A stretch of 64,000 nucleotides of DNA from Verrucomicrobiota bacterium (GTDB taxonomy: Bacteria; Verrucomicrobiota; Verrucomicrobiia; Limisphaerales; UBA9464): assembly GCA_016871615.1 (NCBI GenBank), contig VHCX01000006.1:5171-69170 (forward strand). Direction: 5' to 3'. Positions 61,358-64,000 of the stretch are shown in pieces; position 1 is the first letter of the stretch; each line of letters opens with the position of its first letter. The notes under the pieces were generated by a model. The model ran no database searches and was not told where the DNA came from. It was given only the letters and a program-made list of their open reading frames with translations. The translations under genes were made by a program, and so were the position numbers.

Positions 61358-62518
61358 TCAGAATTCCCACTCCAGTCCGCCGGTGAGGGTCCGGCTGTCG
61401 TAGGTGAAGAGCGGCACGTTGGAATCCTGACGCTCCCAGAGGAACTCGGCAAACACCGTCGCGTGACGGCCGAACTTGCGGGTGAGGCGCAGGTTGGCCT
61501 CGTAGTCCTGGTTGTCCCGGTACTTGAAGAGGTCCTCCGGCGCGGGCGAGATGAACTGGCGCGGGTAGGTCCAATGGCTCCAGCGGGCGCCGACCAGGGC
61601 CCCCCAGCGGTCACCCTCCCAGCGCAGGGTCCCGGCCGCGCCCCACCGGTCGAAATCATAGAAACCCATGGCCTGGTCGCGGTTGACCAGCTGGAAGAGC
61701 CGGATCGTGGAGCGCAGCCGGGGCTTGTCCGACCACTGGTGCTTCCAGGCGAGGTCGGCGTTGAGCTGCGTGAACTTGGCCACCGTGCCCGGCTCCGGGA
61801 TGCCGAGCAGGTTGGCCGCCGGCCGCGAGTCGTAGGGCCGGTCCTCGTACCGGACGGTGGCCTCCACCGAGGACTGGTCGGCGTAGTCCCAGGCGACGAC
61901 CCCGCGCGGGCCCGTCTGCCAGAAGCCGTCGAGCGGCGCGTCGAAGTTCTGGCGCTGCCAGCCGTAGCCCGCCTCGGCGCGGAACCCACGGCCGCGCGTC
62001 CAACGCAGTGACGGGTGGGCGGTCAGCGCATGGACCTTGGTGCGCACCGAGCCGAGACCGTCGGCGAGGGTCGAGGCGTCGAAGACCTGGTTGGCGTACA
62101 GGTGCTGGCCGACCAGTCCGGGACTCCACCCGGAGTCCCCGCTGTGCCGGTACTCGGCATAGGTGGACAGCCAGGCGTCGCCATCGACCGGCTGGCCGGG
62201 CACCCCGGAGTCGATCCCTCGCAGGTAGCGCCGCTCCTCCCCCCCGACGAACAGGGTCCATCGGTGGGCGTCGATGGGCATGCGGAGGACGAAGGCCTCG
62301 AAGCCGTACCCGACAAAGGGGGTCTCCTGGGCGTTGGTGCCCGAGAGGAGCACGTTGTCCCGCCAGCCGCCCGAGCCCCGGAGACTGACCGTGGTGGTCC
62401 AGACCGGGATTTCCCACTCGAGATCCGGATCGCGCGGGTGCATCGGACCGAGCACGGGCCGGCCGGCCTGCGCGCAGAGGATGGCCACCGAGGCCAGGGC
62501 GACGGCCCGGGCCAGCAT
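61358..62518 (-). CDS. Outer-membrane beta-barrel protein
   Basis: Signal peptide MLARAVALAS; GWRDNV motif; alternating aromatic strands; C-terminal WEF. Confidence 0.7.
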   Translation of the reverse strand: MLARAVALASVAILCAQAGRPVLGPMHPRDPDLEWEIPVWTTTVSLRGSGGWRDNVLLSGTNAQETPFVGYGFEAFVLRMPIDAHRWTLFVGGEERRYLRGIDSGVPGQPVDGDAWLSTYAEYRHSGDSGWSPGLVGQHLYANQVFDASTLADGLGSVRTKVHALTAHPSLRWTRGRGFRAEAGYGWQRQNFDAPLDGFWQTGPRGVVAWDYADQSSVEATVRYEDRPYDSRPAANLLGIPEPGTVAKFTQLNADLAWKHQWSDKPRLRSTIRLFQLVNRDQAMGFYDFDRWGAAGTLRWEGDRWGALVGARWSHWTYPRQFISPAPEDLFKYRDNQDYEANLRLTRKFGRHATVFAEFLWERQDSNVPLFTYDSRTLTGGLEWEF

Positions 62519-62817
62519 CCGGCCGACGGCCCCATGGCCCTTGTCGCCCCACGGCGCACCGCGGCGACGCGAGCCGGAATGGACGGCGGACCGGCGGGAG
62601 CGGGAGGGCGGCAAGGCCATGGGGCGCAGCGACAATCGGATTCGGCAGGCAGGCTGGCCGACGCGAAAAGGGCAGGCGAGCCGCAAACCACGGTCCGCCT
62701 GCCCCAACCTATGCTGTCTGCGAAACGGATCGGGGCGATGGGAGGGGGGTGACGATCGCTGGCGTTGGCCATCTCCGACACCCCGCCCCGCAGGACCCCT
62801 CCGGGATTGACCGGCGT

Positions 62818-63300
62818 TCAGCCGCGCGGACGGCCCGGGCCCTTGCCGGCGCCGCCCCCATTACCGGGCCGGCCGCCCCGGACGGACACGCCCAGATCCT
62901 TCAGCTGGTCGCGGATCTCGGTGCGCAGGGTCTGGGTGTCGGCGAGGAACTTCTCGCGGTTGGCCTTGAGCTGCTCACGCAAGCTGTTGCGCTGCTCCTC
63001 GGTGGCACCCTTGAGGGTCTTGGCGAGGTCGCGCTGGGCATCGATGAAGGTCTTGGACTGCTCGCGGTACTTGGTGATCTGGTCCTGCAGGGCCTTCGGC
63101 AGGGTGGACAGGACGTTGTCGGGCACGCCGATGCGGGGCACCTCCATGCCACGGCCGGGGCCGCCGGGGCCGCCAGGACGGCCTTGGGGCTTCTCCGGGC
63201 CGGCGGGCTTGTCGGTCGGCGGGGTGGCCTGGGCGAAGCTGCTCAGGGCGGTGGCCGCGGCGAGCACCGAGGCGAGAAGGAGTGAGTTCTTGGAGTTCAT
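62818..63300 (-). CDS. Small periplasmic helical protein (Spy/CpxP/ZraP-like composition)
   Basis: Signal peptide ending SFA; Gly/Pro termini; charged helical core. Confidence 0.65.
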   Translation of the reverse strand: MNSKNSLLLASVLAAATALSSFAQATPPTDKPAGPEKPQGRPGGPGGPGRGMEVPRIGVPDNVLSTLPKALQDQITKYREQSKTFIDAQRDLAKTLKGATEEQRNSLREQLKANREKFLADTQTLRTEIRDQLKDLGVSVRGGRPGNGGGAGKGPGRPRG

Positions 63301-63510
63301 GGGATTTGAGTTTGGGGGATTGTGGAGTTTGAGCGTTGGGTGGATCGGTGGATCGGTGGACTATTCTTTGGACGGTTTTTTGGCTGTTTTTTGGTTTGGT
63401 CGAGCTCCGGCGCCCTCGGTGCCCCCCTCAAAGCTGGCTCCCTGGCCGGGAGCGCCTTCGGAGGGCTTCGGGAGAGCGGTCGGACCCCGTTGCCTTCTGG
63501 GACACCATCC

Positions 63511-63526
63511 TGCAGGGGCCATGCCA
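63511..63526 (-). promoter_or_regulatory. Sigma54 promoter
   Basis: TGGCATGGCCCCTGCA matches TGGCA...TGCA with GG-N10-GC spacing. Confidence 0.7.
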
Positions 63527-63751
63527 CGACCGGATCCCGCAAAAAACCCCGTTTTTTGGAGTTTTCGGACATTCCGCCGGGCGCGGTGACGGAGTTCCGC
63601 CCCGGATGGGCCCCGAATTGGGGGCTATCCCCCAACCCCACCCGCGCCGGCATGGGGCCAGATCCCCAGACCGAGCCGGCCAAGATCGGGCCTCGCCACC
63701 GATTCCGGGGAAGGTTTGGCCTTCGGGCCCCTAAGGTCCTACCCTTGGGGC

Positions 63752-64000
63752 ATGGGAGAGCAGCCCACCCGCCCCGCCCCGATCCGGAACACCTGGAAGG
63801 CCGTCGTCGACCACGCCCGGACCTACCAGGACTTCACCTACGTCTACCCGGTGGTCTCACGTCGGTCGCGCGGGCTCTCGATCGGGGTGAACCTCAACCC
63901 CGACAAGCAGTGCAACTTCGACTGCGTCTATTGCGAGGTGGACCGCACGACACCGGGCAAGGCGAAGGAGGTCCGGCTCGAACAGGTGCGGGATGAACTC
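63752..64000 (+). CDS. Radical SAM protein, 5' part only
   Basis: Hand translation YVYPVVSRRSRGLSIGVNLNPDKQCNFDCVYC (CxxxCxxC); runs off the window. Confidence 0.85.
   Translation, partial: MGEQPTRPAPIRNTWKAVVDHARTYQDFTYVYPVVSRRSRGLSIGVNLNPDKQCNFDCVYCEVDRTTPGKAKEVRLEQVRDEL

Overview
GC-rich bacterial chromosome segment. It is probably Verrucomicrobiota; this is inferred from stand-alone GF|TLIELL pseudopilins with an H-X9-DG tail, CotH and FG-GAP proteins, and weak SD usage. From left to right: (1) a minus-strand nitrate-assimilation operon (NasS-like sensor, NrtABCD-type ABC transporter, porin, CysJ-like diflavin reductase, NirA, a DmsB-DmsC fusion, and a Mo nitrate reductase cut by the window edge); (2) a YjhG/YagF dehydratase, a Zn-ribbon protein, cysN and a heme-motif FG-GAP protein; (3) nuoB-N without nuoA, split between nuoE and nuoF by an antisense tRNA-Gln(CTG); (4) rplU-rpmA-obg, an exonuclease, hisD, peptidases and a U32 protein; (5) a RAYT-like HUH/Y1 nuclease inside a perfect 33-bp inverted repeat, with two more solo copies of that repeat at about 17.6 kb and 39.2 kb, next to a truncated gene and a G8-frameshifted gene; (6) an ExbBD-TonB-like set lacking the canonical proton-path Asp, then CotH, GspE, a pseudopilin and a beta-propeller protein; (7) a probable sigma54-driven unit of periplasmic protein, beta-barrel and histidine kinase; (8) a partial radical SAM gene. 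The best candidate for an undescribed system is the HUH nuclease with its non-canonical, TTGACA-carrying dispersed repeat. All calls are by eye; no database searches were run.
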